The position numbers and the translations under genes are program-made. Source: Blepharisma stoltei ATCC 30299 (taxonomy: Eukaryota; Protista; Ciliophora). Taken from it: a stretch of 64,000 nucleotides of DNA. The stretch spans positions 310,001-374,000 of the forward strand of contig CBFDEM010000055.1 in assembly GCA_965603825.1 (NCBI GenBank). Reading direction: 5' to 3'. A model generated the notes under the pieces. The model was given only the letters and a program-made list of their open reading frames with translations, was not told the DNA's origin and ran no database searches. How positions within the stretch are numbered: the stretch's first letter is position 1; each line of letters starts with the position of its first letter. Below, piece after piece: positions 36,084 to 48,287 of this stretch.

Positions 36084-36758
36084 ATGATGATTATTTTAAT
36101 TTGCATTATGATTTATTCATACCTTATAAAGAATATTGAAGAAAATATCTCCACGAATCAAGCTCTTCAAGAAATAATATCCAAAATCAATCATAAAATT
36201 CAAATTGCAAATGCTGAAGTATATTCAATGCAAAATTTCCTGGAATTATTGCATAATTCGATATCATTCAATGAAGAAGATGACTTAGATGATAGGTATT
36301 TAAATTTCAATTATAGCTATTATTTTTATAGAAAAGTCAGTGATTCAATGGTTGTAACTGTCCCAAAAAAAGTCATAAAACTTATAGAGTGCTTATATAT
36401 TTTTATGAATAAAAACTATAAAGATTGAGCACATTTTGAAAATGACTATGATAGTTTGATCTGGGAATTAACGAATAAGCTTCATGATATTGCTATGAGA
36501 ATGAAAGATGAGCAGCTTATGAAAATTTCTCAAATTATTGAAGAGCTAGATAATTGAAGCTCCAAACCACATAATAAGCTGAGGGATATTTATTTTTGAA
36601 TTAAAAGGACTCACTTAAAAATTTTAAAATTCAAAGCTCAATTTCAAATAGAAAAGGCTATAATAGAAATACCAAAAAAAATAATTTTAAAGAAAGATGA
36701 ATTAGTGTTGCTGCATAGAGAGTTACAAGATGCTATAAGTATCCAATCTAAAATATAG
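36084..36758 (+). CDS. Orphan helical protein, copy 2 (224 aa)
   Basis: Collinear with copy 1, same TGA positions, ends TAG. Confidence 0.7.
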
Positions 36759-37601
36759 TTTATAGTTTCCAATCTAAAAATATTATTCATTCAAATTTTT
36801 CTTTATAAACCATTTCTACATATTCATAAATAGCACCATAATTTCATGATTTTACCCACTAGGTTATTTTTGGCCAGACCAAAAGTTATCACTTAGTCCG
36901 ATCAAATTAAGCCCATTAGGTAAATCATGGGTTTATGGGAATGTTTGTGAGAAAATCTATATATTGAGAGAATTTATTTAAAAACTATGATATTTTAACA
37001 TACTTTTTTTATAATTTCTATCTTATAATGCAGTAATCTACAGCAGAAACAATGGGAAAGATCTATTAGACTTAGAAACACAACCAACAAAGTGGGATGA
37101 TGAGAGAGAGTAATATATATCAATTATAGTGGAACAAGCTATAATATAATGTCTAAAAACAAAACTAGTTCCAAATAACTCTAAGACAGCTATATGAAAA
37201 ATTAAGAAAAACCATACTTCAAAAAGCTAAAGCAATAAAAACGATTGTTATACAATAAGATCCTAAGAAATTATATTTAATCTAAATTAAAATGCTTGGA
37301 AAATATGATTTATTCACATCTATTATGAGCTTTACAATACTTAATTTAAAAATACTACGAATTATTACAAAAAATATATCATTCATTTCTGAAAAGGCTT
37401 ATGAATATTACAAGCTATACGATTTCAGCTTTAATAATTAATACACAAGTAATGGAAATAATATAGCAAGGCCTAGAGAACAATATTTATAGTTGAAAAA
37501 TAATTATTTTGATCTATATTAAAGTGCTTGGAAAAATATGATCTATTCACATCTATTATAATCTCAAGACTTAGTTATAATATTTTAGATAAAAGTTGAT
37601 T

Positions 37602-38246
37602 ATGCAGTGTGAAAATGCTGACGAAAATCTCTCCACCAATCAAGGATTTCAACAATGCATACCCAAAATCAATCATAAAATCCAAATTATAAGCGCTGAA
37701 ATACATTTAATACAAAATTTCCGTGGTTTACTGCAAAATTCTATATCATTCATTTCTGAAAGGTCTGATGAATATTACAAGGAATATAATTTCAGCTATC
37801 ACTATTGATATTTTAGAAAATGCGATCCCACGACTACCCTAGACGGAATAAAATTTTGCCAAAACGACATAAAACTTATAGAATGCCTAAATAAGTTTTG
37901 CAATAGCCCATATAATAATGCAGATCATTTTTTGGCTTCTTATAATGTTACTGTGCTATGTATGCTGGATAGGAGATTCAATTATTTTGCTATGCTAATG
38001 ACTGATGAGCAACTGATGAAAATTTCTGAAGTTATTGAAGAATTGGGTATTTGAAGCTCTGAAGCAAATTATGATATGAAGATTATTTATCAATGAATTA
38101 AAGGGACATACTTAAAGATTTTAGCATTCAGAGCAAAATCTCAATCTGAAAATACTATAGAAGAAATAGACAAAAAAATAGTTTTAAAACAAGAAGAAGA
38201 GGCACATCTGCAAAGAGAGTTGCAGAATGTTATAAACTTCAATTAA
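37602..38246 (+). CDS. Orphan helical protein, copy 3 (diverged, no clear signal peptide)
   Basis: KINHKIQII, KLIECL, DEQLMKIS and W-IKGTYLKIL match copies 1 and 2; a degenerate partial copy lies at about 37290-37440. Confidence 0.55.
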
Positions 38247-38352
38247 AAATATAATTTTTCTTCAATTTTATTTTAAAATTTATTATTTCTTCTTTAAGTC
38301 GTTTTGATAAAAAGCATATCCACATTTAATAACAAATCCAATAACTTTATAT

Positions 38353-40506
38353 ATGAAATCTGGCAAAAACAAAGACTTAAAAATTAACCATGAAACAGAA
38401 GCTCTCGATGACCCTAAAATTTTCACCCTAACGAACAGCACAGAATCAACTGGCAACAAAGACCTTGAAGAATCCCTCCCAAACACTTCCAAATTCTCAA
38501 AATGTGTCCAAAAAATTTCCGACTCTTATATTTGAATTACTATCAGTGGCCTAGCCTTATTTTACTCTCTAATTGGAGATGAAGTCAGAAGGGCTGCATA
38601 TGATAAAGACAATGACGACACATTTTTTATTTTTGCATGCGTGATTTTATGCATTTTTGTATTAGAGTTGCCTATAAACTGAATAGCTCACCACAATTAC
38701 AGATGGTCGTATTGGTGCTTTATTGATATATTAGGGGTAGTTTCCATAATTCCTGATATCGGGTATATATGAAACCCTATAGTCGGGTCATATTGTCTTA
38801 GTTATTCAGGAAAAGAAATAGAAACAGGCTACCCGAATTTGTCATTAAAATTCGTAAGGATCGCCAGGTTATTTAGGATTTTGAAGCTTTATAAGCTGAT
38901 AATGCTGACGGTTTCCAAAAAGAAAAATAAGGCAGAAGATGTTTATGATGGCTCAAAGGTCGGAGTGATCCTTGCGGACTCTATGAATAAAAGTGTGATT
39001 ACTTTAATTATATTTTTATTAGCGATTTTGCCTTTCTTTGAGTATGATTATTATGAAAATACCTCTGAAAGCTGAAATTATGGGCTGATACTTTTGACGA
39101 ATTTTGCGAAGCAAAGAGATTTTGAAATGATGTATCAAAAATATTTAGATGTGGATTATTTAGATTATTTTACAGTACTTTATATAGATTTTGAATATGA
39201 AGATGGCAATTTTAAAGTAAGCAGAAATTGGGCTAGGAAGGATTTTGATATGGACGAAATAAGAGAGTCTGAGATGATGTGCATAAATTATAAAAACAGC
39301 ACAGTAATTTTAGATATGAGATACCATACACAGTTAGAAGCTTATTTAAGCTTGTCTAAGACACTAACTATGTGCTTTATAATGATTATAAGTGCTATGT
39401 TTCTAAATAAAGACGTCAGAGATTTTGTGATAACTCCTGCTGAAAAAGCAATTTTATGAATTAAATCTATTTCAAATACCCCACTTAGCTTGCGAAACGC
39501 AAAATCAATGCCAAAATCAGAAACTGAAGATGAAACTTTGAATAAATGCTGCATAAAGGTAAAAATCGCCCCAAATTACGAAGTCCAAATACTAGAAAAT
39601 ACTCTATTAAAAATGAGCAAACTAACATCTCTATGTTTTGGTGAAGACGAAGCCAAAGTAATTGAAACAGGGATGAATGAAAAATGACGCCTCAGCCCAT
39701 CAGCCAAAGGAAGAAAATTTTACGCAATTTTTGGGATTTGCAGTGTTGAAAGCATGGCTGAATTTCAGCCTGATTTATTTATTTTCATAAATAAAATTGC
39801 AAGTATTGTTCATCACGTTGCTGACCAATATATGTGTGATGCAATTTTAAACCTTGGCTGAAATTTTATACTTATATGGAAAATTGATGATAGTGAAATA
39901 AAAGAAAAAGAAGGAAAACTTAAATTTATGCCGTCCTCAGCTAAGTCGACATTTCTGGCAGATTTAGCCTTTATTAGTTTAATGAAAATTTCAGCAAAAA
40001 TTATCACTGATAAAAATATTGAGAGATTTACTAAAGATAGCAGAGTTTTGAAAGGGAAAACGAAATATAATAGAAAGCTAGGATTTTCATTGCATGTAGG
40101 GTCAGGAATTGAAGGGTGTATTGGAAGTGATTATAAAATTGATACGGGGTATATATCAAATGATTTAAATGCGTGCTTAGAGTTAGCTAAATTTTCAAGA
40201 CAAAATGAAAATAAAATAGTTGTTAGTGATTCTTTGTATGATATGCTGAGTCCTGAAGGAAAAGGGGTGCTGAAATTGATTGATACAGAAGAAAAGGACA
40301 ATGAAGAATATATGAGAATTTATAAAGCAAATTTAAATTGTTCAGTGCCTCCTTTGAAGATGAAAAAAAGAGAGTTTGAAAAATGCTATCTTGATAAAAA
40401 ATCAGAACTAATGCAAAAGCTTGATGGTGGGGAAGTTACAGGTAAATATTTATATGAGATGAGCAAATGTGTAAGACTTATGAAAAGGATTCCAGAACAT
40501 ATTTAA
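38353..40506 (+). CDS. Ion-channel/voltage-sensor-type adenylyl cyclase-like protein with degenerate catalytic site (717 aa)
   Basis: Five ORFs share one frame joined by TGA; TM helices, S4 FVRIARLFRILKLYK, and class III cyclase motifs AIFGIC, FINKIASIVH, LADLAF, GFSLHVG.GIEGCIGS.YKID. Confidence 0.85.
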
Positions 40507-40819
40507 TTAGTTGCTTTATATTACAGAAGTAGAAACTTTATTGAGTAATTTATTGTCAGCATTTATATAATAATTTTATAAAAATAAAGATGAGTTGCCT
40601 TAGATAACCTCTGCAAATATATTAAATAAACTTTTATATTAAAGCAAATATTAATTATAAAAATACTTTAGCAATGCAATAGAAAAGTCCAAAATTATCC
40701 CTCATCATTTTATCTTCATTTATTTTTTCTTCTTACTTTCTAAATCTTTAATATAACTCAAAATTCCTTCTAATATTTTATGGATAAATATGCAGACCTT
40801 TAATTCCTTATAAAAACAA

Positions 40820-42886
40820 ATGGACATTCCAGTGCTTCTAGAGCATCTAAACGATTTCCAACAAAACGCGACTGACCTTCACGAAATCCATCACTTTACA
40901 CAGAACTTAAAGACACTAATCGAAGAATCATCTACCAATCTCCGAATTGCAACCTCAGACAACACCATGATAAACCGTGTAAACAATCTGCTGCCTAAGT
41001 CAATGCAGCGCCAAGAAATTAAAATTTTTAATTTGATTGCAAAATATGCTGGCTTATCTAAAGTTTTTATAAGGATCCCAACAACTTTAATTAGACTAGA
41101 AAACAGCCTATATTTAATTCAAAATAGAAAAGAAGATAGCTTGATTACCTGCAAGGAATGCACAGAGATTGAATTTTTTAATTTGCCAAACGCAGCAAAT
41201 GATCAAACTTCACCTGTATTTGTATACAAAAGTCAACCAAAAGGGGTTGTGGTACTGTTTTCTTATGAAAGTGCCTCGAGGCTTTGGAGCACGCTAGAAG
41301 TTAATGCAATGATACAGCAGTTTATACAAAGCAAAGCTGACCCAGCTACAATTACAAGAGTGCTGTGAAGAAGTGGCATGAAAAATAAATATTATACGAT
41401 AACAAATAGAAAAAGTGCAGGCAGAAGGCTTAGCAAATCATTGAGCCAAAATACAAGCATAACTGCAGCTTACAAAAGAACGAAATCTACTATAGGCTCT
41501 GATATTAAAGTTCGGCGGGCATCAGATTTTCGATATACACATTTAATGCTGCCAACATCTCAATCAATAAACAACCCATTTAGAATCAGCAACAACAGGA
41601 CGCCCATTCCTCGCAAAACAAGCTCAATTGACGATATCCCCGATATTAATCGTATCCAAATGGAAGAAGAAAAAGGTTTCATACACAAATCTCCTACTAT
41701 AATTTTAAGTAAAGCTGATTTTGATGTCCAAAGCTTCAAAAAAGAACTACCGAATTCAAGAGACAATAAAGAATATTTAGTAATGACAAAAGACGCTGAC
41801 AGTTGCTATGCTAGCGAAACTTGTTCAAAAATCCCTGAAATTGAAAATATGGTCGACCAAATTGTGGAATTTTTAAATCTTCATGTTTTCAAAAAAAATG
41901 GGCTGAAAGGGATTGTGCTTGATTTTGTAAAGGATAAAAATAATGTTTGGTATTTATTAGAATGCAAAGAATTTAACGTAGATTTTGTAGTTCCGTTAGA
42001 AATAGAAAAAAATAGAAAACATAAAACAAGGATTGGTGATGAAATTGTAAAGCGAAGAAGCCAAAGCAGAGCAGATACACAAGCTGACACATTTGAACCT
42101 AAACTCCCTGAAATAAGCAAGGATATAATTGATGAAAATGAAGAATTTTTGTCTCTTGGCTGCCCATTCAAAATTCGGACAAAGCCTCAGAGATTTTGCC
42201 ATACTCCTGTTAGCGAAGAAGAATTTTTAAACCGCCTTGACAGAGTTACTGAAAAAATTGATAAAATCAGCAATTCTCATATACCGTCATCTAAGCTGTT
42301 TCCTCAAGATAAAAATGAACAAGTCCAAGGATACTTAAATAGTCATGATTATTATAGTTCCCAATCAAATCTCCCAACTCATAGCTATACTTTATCTGAT
42401 AGCTCAGGAAAAGGGAGCCTTGATGCAGAAAATGTTGGCAAAAATTACCCAAAAAAAATCCTATCAGAAGGTGTCACAAGTTTAGATGACATGAACATGA
42501 AAATTAAAATTGCGAAACTAAGAAGCACAAATTTATTCGCAAAATACGGAGGAGAGTCTTTTTGGAGCAAGTTTATTTTGTCGTTTTATAATAAAGTCCT
42601 GTCCAATGAAATGCTATGCAAGTTTTTTAAAAATTCGAAGCTTCAGAGCTTTGAGTTTATTGTTGCAGGGTATTTTAAACTATTTAATGGAAGTTTGAAT
42701 TTAGAATTGAGAAAAAGGCTTAAGGCTTCCCATTATTATAGAGGAATTACTGAAAGAGATTTTGATTGCTATATTGATTTATTCAGCCATACAATGGCTG
42801 AGTTTAATATAGAAGAAGAGGATAGGATTGGAATGATTTCAGAGTTAAGATCAGTAAAAAATATTATATGCAGAGAACTTATGTAG
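40820..42886 (+). CDS. ATP-grasp-like N-terminal region plus C-terminal group-1 truncated hemoglobin, paralog A
   Basis: Two ORFs join through TGA at 41366; C-terminus LFAKYGG...FYNKVL...FF...LKASH..RGITERDF matches trHbN; IQQFI...RV and VLDFVKD...YLLE resemble ATP-grasp. Confidence 0.8.
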
Positions 42887-42955
42887 AATGGCAAATTAAT
42901 AGTACTTTAGAAATAATTTTTTTTTAAAATAATGGATGAATATTAAACTAATACT

Positions 42956-45040
42956 TTACGACGGCTTTCTACATATAAGGCTCTTCATTAGTTTGACTTC
43001 TGACATAATTCCAGCTTTATCTTCTTCATCGACATTAAACTCAGTCAAAGTGAGCTCAAATAGGTCAGTATAGCAATTAAATTCTTCATATGTGATTCCT
43101 TTCACATGGTGGGACTGCTTTAATTTTCTTCTTAATTCCAAATTAATTTTAGCTGAAACTATCTTGAACATCCCTTCTACAATTTTTTCAAAACTTTCAA
43201 TAGTGGATGATGCAAAGTGCCTATTTAGTAAAGGTGTAGCAAGAATTTTATTGTAAAGAGACACGATAAATTTGCTCCAAAAATCTTTTCCGCCGTATTT
43301 CTTTACAATATCTTGCTGCTTGATTTTAGAAATTTTTATATTCATGGCCATTTCGTCATAATTATCAACTCCAGCCATTACAACATTTCTGGTATAAATG
43401 AGATCTTTATCTTCGCTTGAAGAAGTATCTGGCTCGCTATTCCCAAAGTTCATTGGGCATTTTAGCTTAGGTGAATTAGCATTTGAGCCATTTAATTCAG
43501 TGAAAGTATAGTGAAAAGATTTGCAGTATTCTTTAATACTTTCTTCTTTGCTTACAGGCGTTATACACGTAGGTGTTTTCAGTTGATTAATTCTGTCTAT
43601 TTTTTCATTGACTTTATTCAGTCTTTCTATAAACTGTTTTTCTGTGACAGCATTAAAGTCTATTTTTTTAGGTTTTGACCTAATTTTAAAAGGGCAGGCC
43701 GTAATTTCGCTCGTAGGGTCATAGTCTTCTACTTCTGCTTCTCCTTCTGACTCAGCTTTCACATCTTCAGTTGAAGGTGTAGGAAGATCTAGATCTTGCT
43801 GAGACAAACTCGGCGAGTCTACAATATCACTTGCAGTTGCAAGGGTTTTTTCTTTTTCTAATTTTCCTCTAATTTTCTTTGAAGTGTCGCATTCCAAGTT
43901 CATATGACACTCTGTGCAATAATCTTTGCAGTCTAACAAAAACCAGTTATTGCTTTTATCTTTGATAAAATCAAGCACAATCCCTTTAATTGCTCTATAC
44001 TTAAAAGCTTCAGAATTTAAAAATTCTATCAGCTGCTCCACCATGTACTCGATTTCAAAAATCTTCATATAGCTTTCACTAGCATAGCAGCTCTCAATAT
44101 CTTTGGTCAAAACCAAATAATCTTTATTCCTTTCTTTTGCATTGAATTCTGATGCCATTGTTAAAGGACTATCAATTTCATCTTTTACCTTAGGCAATAA
44201 TGTGGTTGAATAAGTCTTGAAAATTTTATTTTCATCATCTTTGGGGTCTTCCTTTATGGTTGTTAATGTTTTTAACTTAGTCACCATTCGCCCTTTAAAA
44301 GGGTTATTTACAGATTGTGAAGTAGGTAGAATCATATTGGAATATTTAAAATCGGAGGAAATATTATTCATCATTTTACACCTTTTGGCTGAAAGAGATG
44401 AAACAAGGGTGGAAGATTTTTTATTTGACCTCACAAAAGCTTTTTTTCGATTTGTGATGGTAAAATATTTAGTTTTCATGCCGAGCCTCCAGAGAACTCT
44501 TGTAATTGTAGCTGGATTTGTTTTGCTTTGTACGAAGTGCTGGATTTGGGCATCTTCTTCTGAGAGATTTCAAGTTTTGATAGCGCTATCTGTGGTAAAT
44601 AAGACGAATTTATTTTTCTCTGGGACTTTGTAGATGAAGCTTGGGAATCCTGGATCATTTTTGGTGGTAGTCAGGTTGAAAAATTCATCTTTGGTGCATT
44701 CCCTGACTTGGACTGATTTTTTGTCTTTTTTATACTGAATAAAATATAAATTATGGTCAGTCCTCAGCATGGTTGTTGGGATATTCACATTTAGCTTGAC
44801 TGAATTCATATTCTTTACAAGCATGCTGAATAGGTCCAGTTCTTGGTGGCATCCTTGTTTCTGAAGCAAATTATTGACTCTGCTGATCATGTTGTTTTCT
44901 GGGTTTATTGAATAGAAGCTTTTTGAGGATTCTGTGATTAAGCTCCTTAAATCTTCACCAAAATGTACAATTTCGTCACGCTCGTATTCGTTTTGGTGTA
45001 TGTCATTAAGATGCTCCAAAATCTTTGGAATGTCGTCCAT
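42956..45040 (-). CDS. ATP-grasp-like plus truncated hemoglobin protein, paralog B
   Basis: Joins through TGA at 44570; collinear with paralog A; KYGG...LYNKIL...HF...LKQSHHVKGITYEEF. Confidence 0.8.
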
Positions 45041-45795
45041 TAGTTTTTATAATTATATCTTATGGAGTCAGTAGAGTTTAAGTTAAGCATAAATGCAAGG
45101 AATGTTAAGATATGGAGGATTGATAGATTAACGCATTTATTTTATTAAGAGGGAAATGGCTGAATACGCTCTAAGGGTTTTAAGTTTGAATTTAGAGTTT
45201 GATAGAGGAAAGAAAAGAGTAAAAAAATTGTTAGAGAATGAAGAGAAGTGGCAATAATATAAAACACCGGTTGGTATAGTGATGGCAGATGTGAAAGCAA
45301 TGAAAAATTGTCTTGGGTATCGAGGAAAATAGATATCAGCCTTGAAGGTTTACAACCTCTAATATCATCGATTTTAAGAAAATGAAATGGCTTCTGAGTC
45401 CCAATAAAGTTAGATAATTAATTATTTCTTTTAGGACCTAAAATTTTAATATAAACACTATTTTGGCACACTTCATGCTAAGAATTTACAATACGTAACC
45501 TTCCATATTATAAAATTTGCATTAGCTAATTACGTATTAAAATAAAAGCAATTATTACTTCTATTAGAAATGCAGAAAGTTTAATAATGTAATCACACTA
45601 GCGGCTATCTTTAAATAAAATTATATTTCATCTAATATAATTACATTCATAAAAACATACCTATTGGTAATCCCAATCCTAGTTTTATATATAAAATACG
45701 ATAATGGCTACTCAGTATGAGCACCTTTGATAATTAATCATAATTAGGTATATCAACTCAATGCTTATCAATTACTTAAATTCAAAACCAAGCCC

Positions 45796-46788
45796 CTAGC
45801 ATAGATTTTCTGTAAATGCATTTATTGTTGGAGCCACTTTTCCTTCCTTTTCCAAAAGCACCTTAAGTACATCCTTTTCCCTTACATACTTTCCAGCTAC
45901 TTTTCTGCACTGCGCAACTAATCTAATAAAATAAGCAGGAATATCCCTCTCCATGCACTCCTGTCTCAGATCCCCACTGCTTTCAGATCTATTTTCTTCA
46001 ATAGCCATATCAGATCTCGAATTTTCATCAGTTTGCTCTAATAGAATTACACTCCCATTGCTTGAATCTTGGGCAGGAGACGATTTTATCCTTTTTGAGT
46101 TTATTTGGAAAAAGATATCATCAAGCTTTCTTTTGAAGCATCCTTCTTGAGGCTTATCTGGGCTATTTTCTTGCATTTTTTCGTTATCAATTTTAGAGGC
46201 AGATAAATTAGCTTTTGTGGGGTTATTTTCTTTAGAAACATAACTTTTCCCTTTTACGTTATTTTGTAAAACCATTGTGTTTATTTTGGGTATTGGCTTA
46301 ACTGGCTTTGTTGATATTGATTTTCAGTGAAATTTTAAGCTTTCAGCACTGTGGTCGACTTGCAGCCCATTTTTTAAGGCTTGCTCCCAATAGCTTCTGG
46401 CTTTGTCACAGCCGGGGTTGTTTTTTACATATAAAATCATCATATTGTCTTCTAATGAAGTATATGCTTTCCTTCCTTGTGATTTATTAGCAGTTGGTTG
46501 AGTGTTTTTACTTACTGATTGAATTAAATAGTCTTTTAAGTTCTGAATTTCTCCTAATGCGTCTGAATCAATAACAAATTTGTAAGAATAAATTGGATGA
46601 TCTTTAGGAGATTTTAATTTCAGCTTAAAGTTTTGCTCATATGGGACAAGCTCAATAGCCCCTTCTTGGTATTCGTCAAGCATAATGCCACCGTTTGCTT
46701 CAACTAAGCTTGATACTTGGGATTTTTCGTGACAATTTTCGATAAAAAATTTCATGCTTTCGTTCCCGCTCATAAAGATCATGCTCAT
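45796..46788 (-). CDS. RAP1/TERF2IP-like protein: BRCT + Myb + short C-terminal helical domain (330 aa)
   Basis: Joins through TGA at 46324; BRCT MKFFI...LVEANGG...YSYKFVIDS...LKDYLI; Myb GRKAYTSLED...YVKNN...YWEQ...HSAESLKFH-W. Confidence 0.72.
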
Positions 46789-47308
46789 TTTAGTCTGAAT
46801 TTCGTGATAAATATTATAAAGAGAACTGGAATATATGATTTATAATTTTAGGATTTGACTTTATAAATAAAGGAATTAAATTAAAGCATAATGAAATTGA
46901 AGTTCATTGAAGAATTTATATATTTGATTAATGGGCAGTATAATAATAAATTTTCATAAGCAATACAAATTAATAGCATTTAGAGAGTCCAGAACTAAAA
47001 AGTCTTATAAATAGAAGTCCTTTCTGGATCTGAATTAAGCATTAACCTTAATATATATCATTAATTCAATAATTTGGATGTTATAATTATTTCTTGTAGA
47101 GGAATTTGTATTTCAGTTTAACCTGAAAAAGGCACATTCTCATTTTTCAATTTTAAGATTTCAAATATCTGAGTCTAGAAAAAATAAGATTAAAAACCAC
47201 AATGGTATATGAAATTCTTGAAAGTATAACACAAAGACATTTTTAGAATGGCAGCATCTAAAATATATTAAAAATATATACTTATAAGCAATAAATTCGG
47301 ATAGTTAT

Positions 47309-48229
47309 TTAAACTTGCCTTCTCGCATTTTCCTGAATTGCAATTTCCACTAAACAGTTTTCTGTTGAAAAATCTGTAAAAACCACATTTGCTCTAAGGA
47401 AAAGATCAGTTGAAAATCATTCTCTTATATTTTCATTTAGCTTCTCAGCTAGGTATTCACACCCATGAAACATCTTTCCTCATTTAAATTTCGGAGTCAG
47501 TTGGCACTGGAGCAGCCAAAGGTCATTAAAAGAAGCTTTTTCATTCAATCTTGCTTCTAAAAAATTTCTCAGCTCTGCAGGATCTCTTTCATTAGCCCAT
47601 TCTTTATGTGCATTTATGCTTTCTTTAAACCTCCCATTCCCGAATATTTGTGGCTTACTAGTCAATATCATAATTCTTTTCCTTTCATTTATCAGCTGGC
47701 CAACAGTTTTTTCCGCATCTTCCTTTTCAATCACAAGCCCTTCTTTTAGTCAAGGCTCAAAATAAGCTGAAAAGTCAATCCAATCTTTAGGGTCATCACG
47801 ATAATTTTTAAACTTTTTAAAGTGGCTTATATCTAGTATAATGATTTCTCTTTGGTGAGCATTAATAAAAGTATTGACGTTGTCTATTAATTCTTGGAGA
47901 GGAATCTCATTCATGCAGACGTCATGGGCAAAATAAAATCTGTCATCCTTAAACGGTAAATCTGGCCCACAGTTTATCCTGCAGTCTAAGTAGCGAATTC
48001 CTGCTTCTAATTGTTCGAGGAAATTTTTGTCTTGACATTGAATTCATGTTCTAGCTAGCCTGAATACTATGGCAGTTCTGTAAGTTCCTGAATCATGGGA
48101 TCCAGGAATAAAAAGCTGACTGAGCTTTTTGGAAGAAATTGAGGTGAAAATTTCGCCCATTCAGTCAGAGTAATTTCGCCTTCTTGAAGCTCCTAATAAC
48201 GGTTGTTCATTATCGCTAGTTGGCTCCAT
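47309..48229 (-). CDS. PI-PLC X-domain-containing protein (PLCXD-like)
   Basis: D-W-MG...LSQLFIPGSHDSGTY...QLEAGIRYLDCR...FAHD; several TGA=W; ends TAA. Confidence 0.85.
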
Positions 48230-48287
48230 AATTATTCTTTAATTGAGAAATTATATATAAAATAGTCAAACATTAGAGAAATCAATG

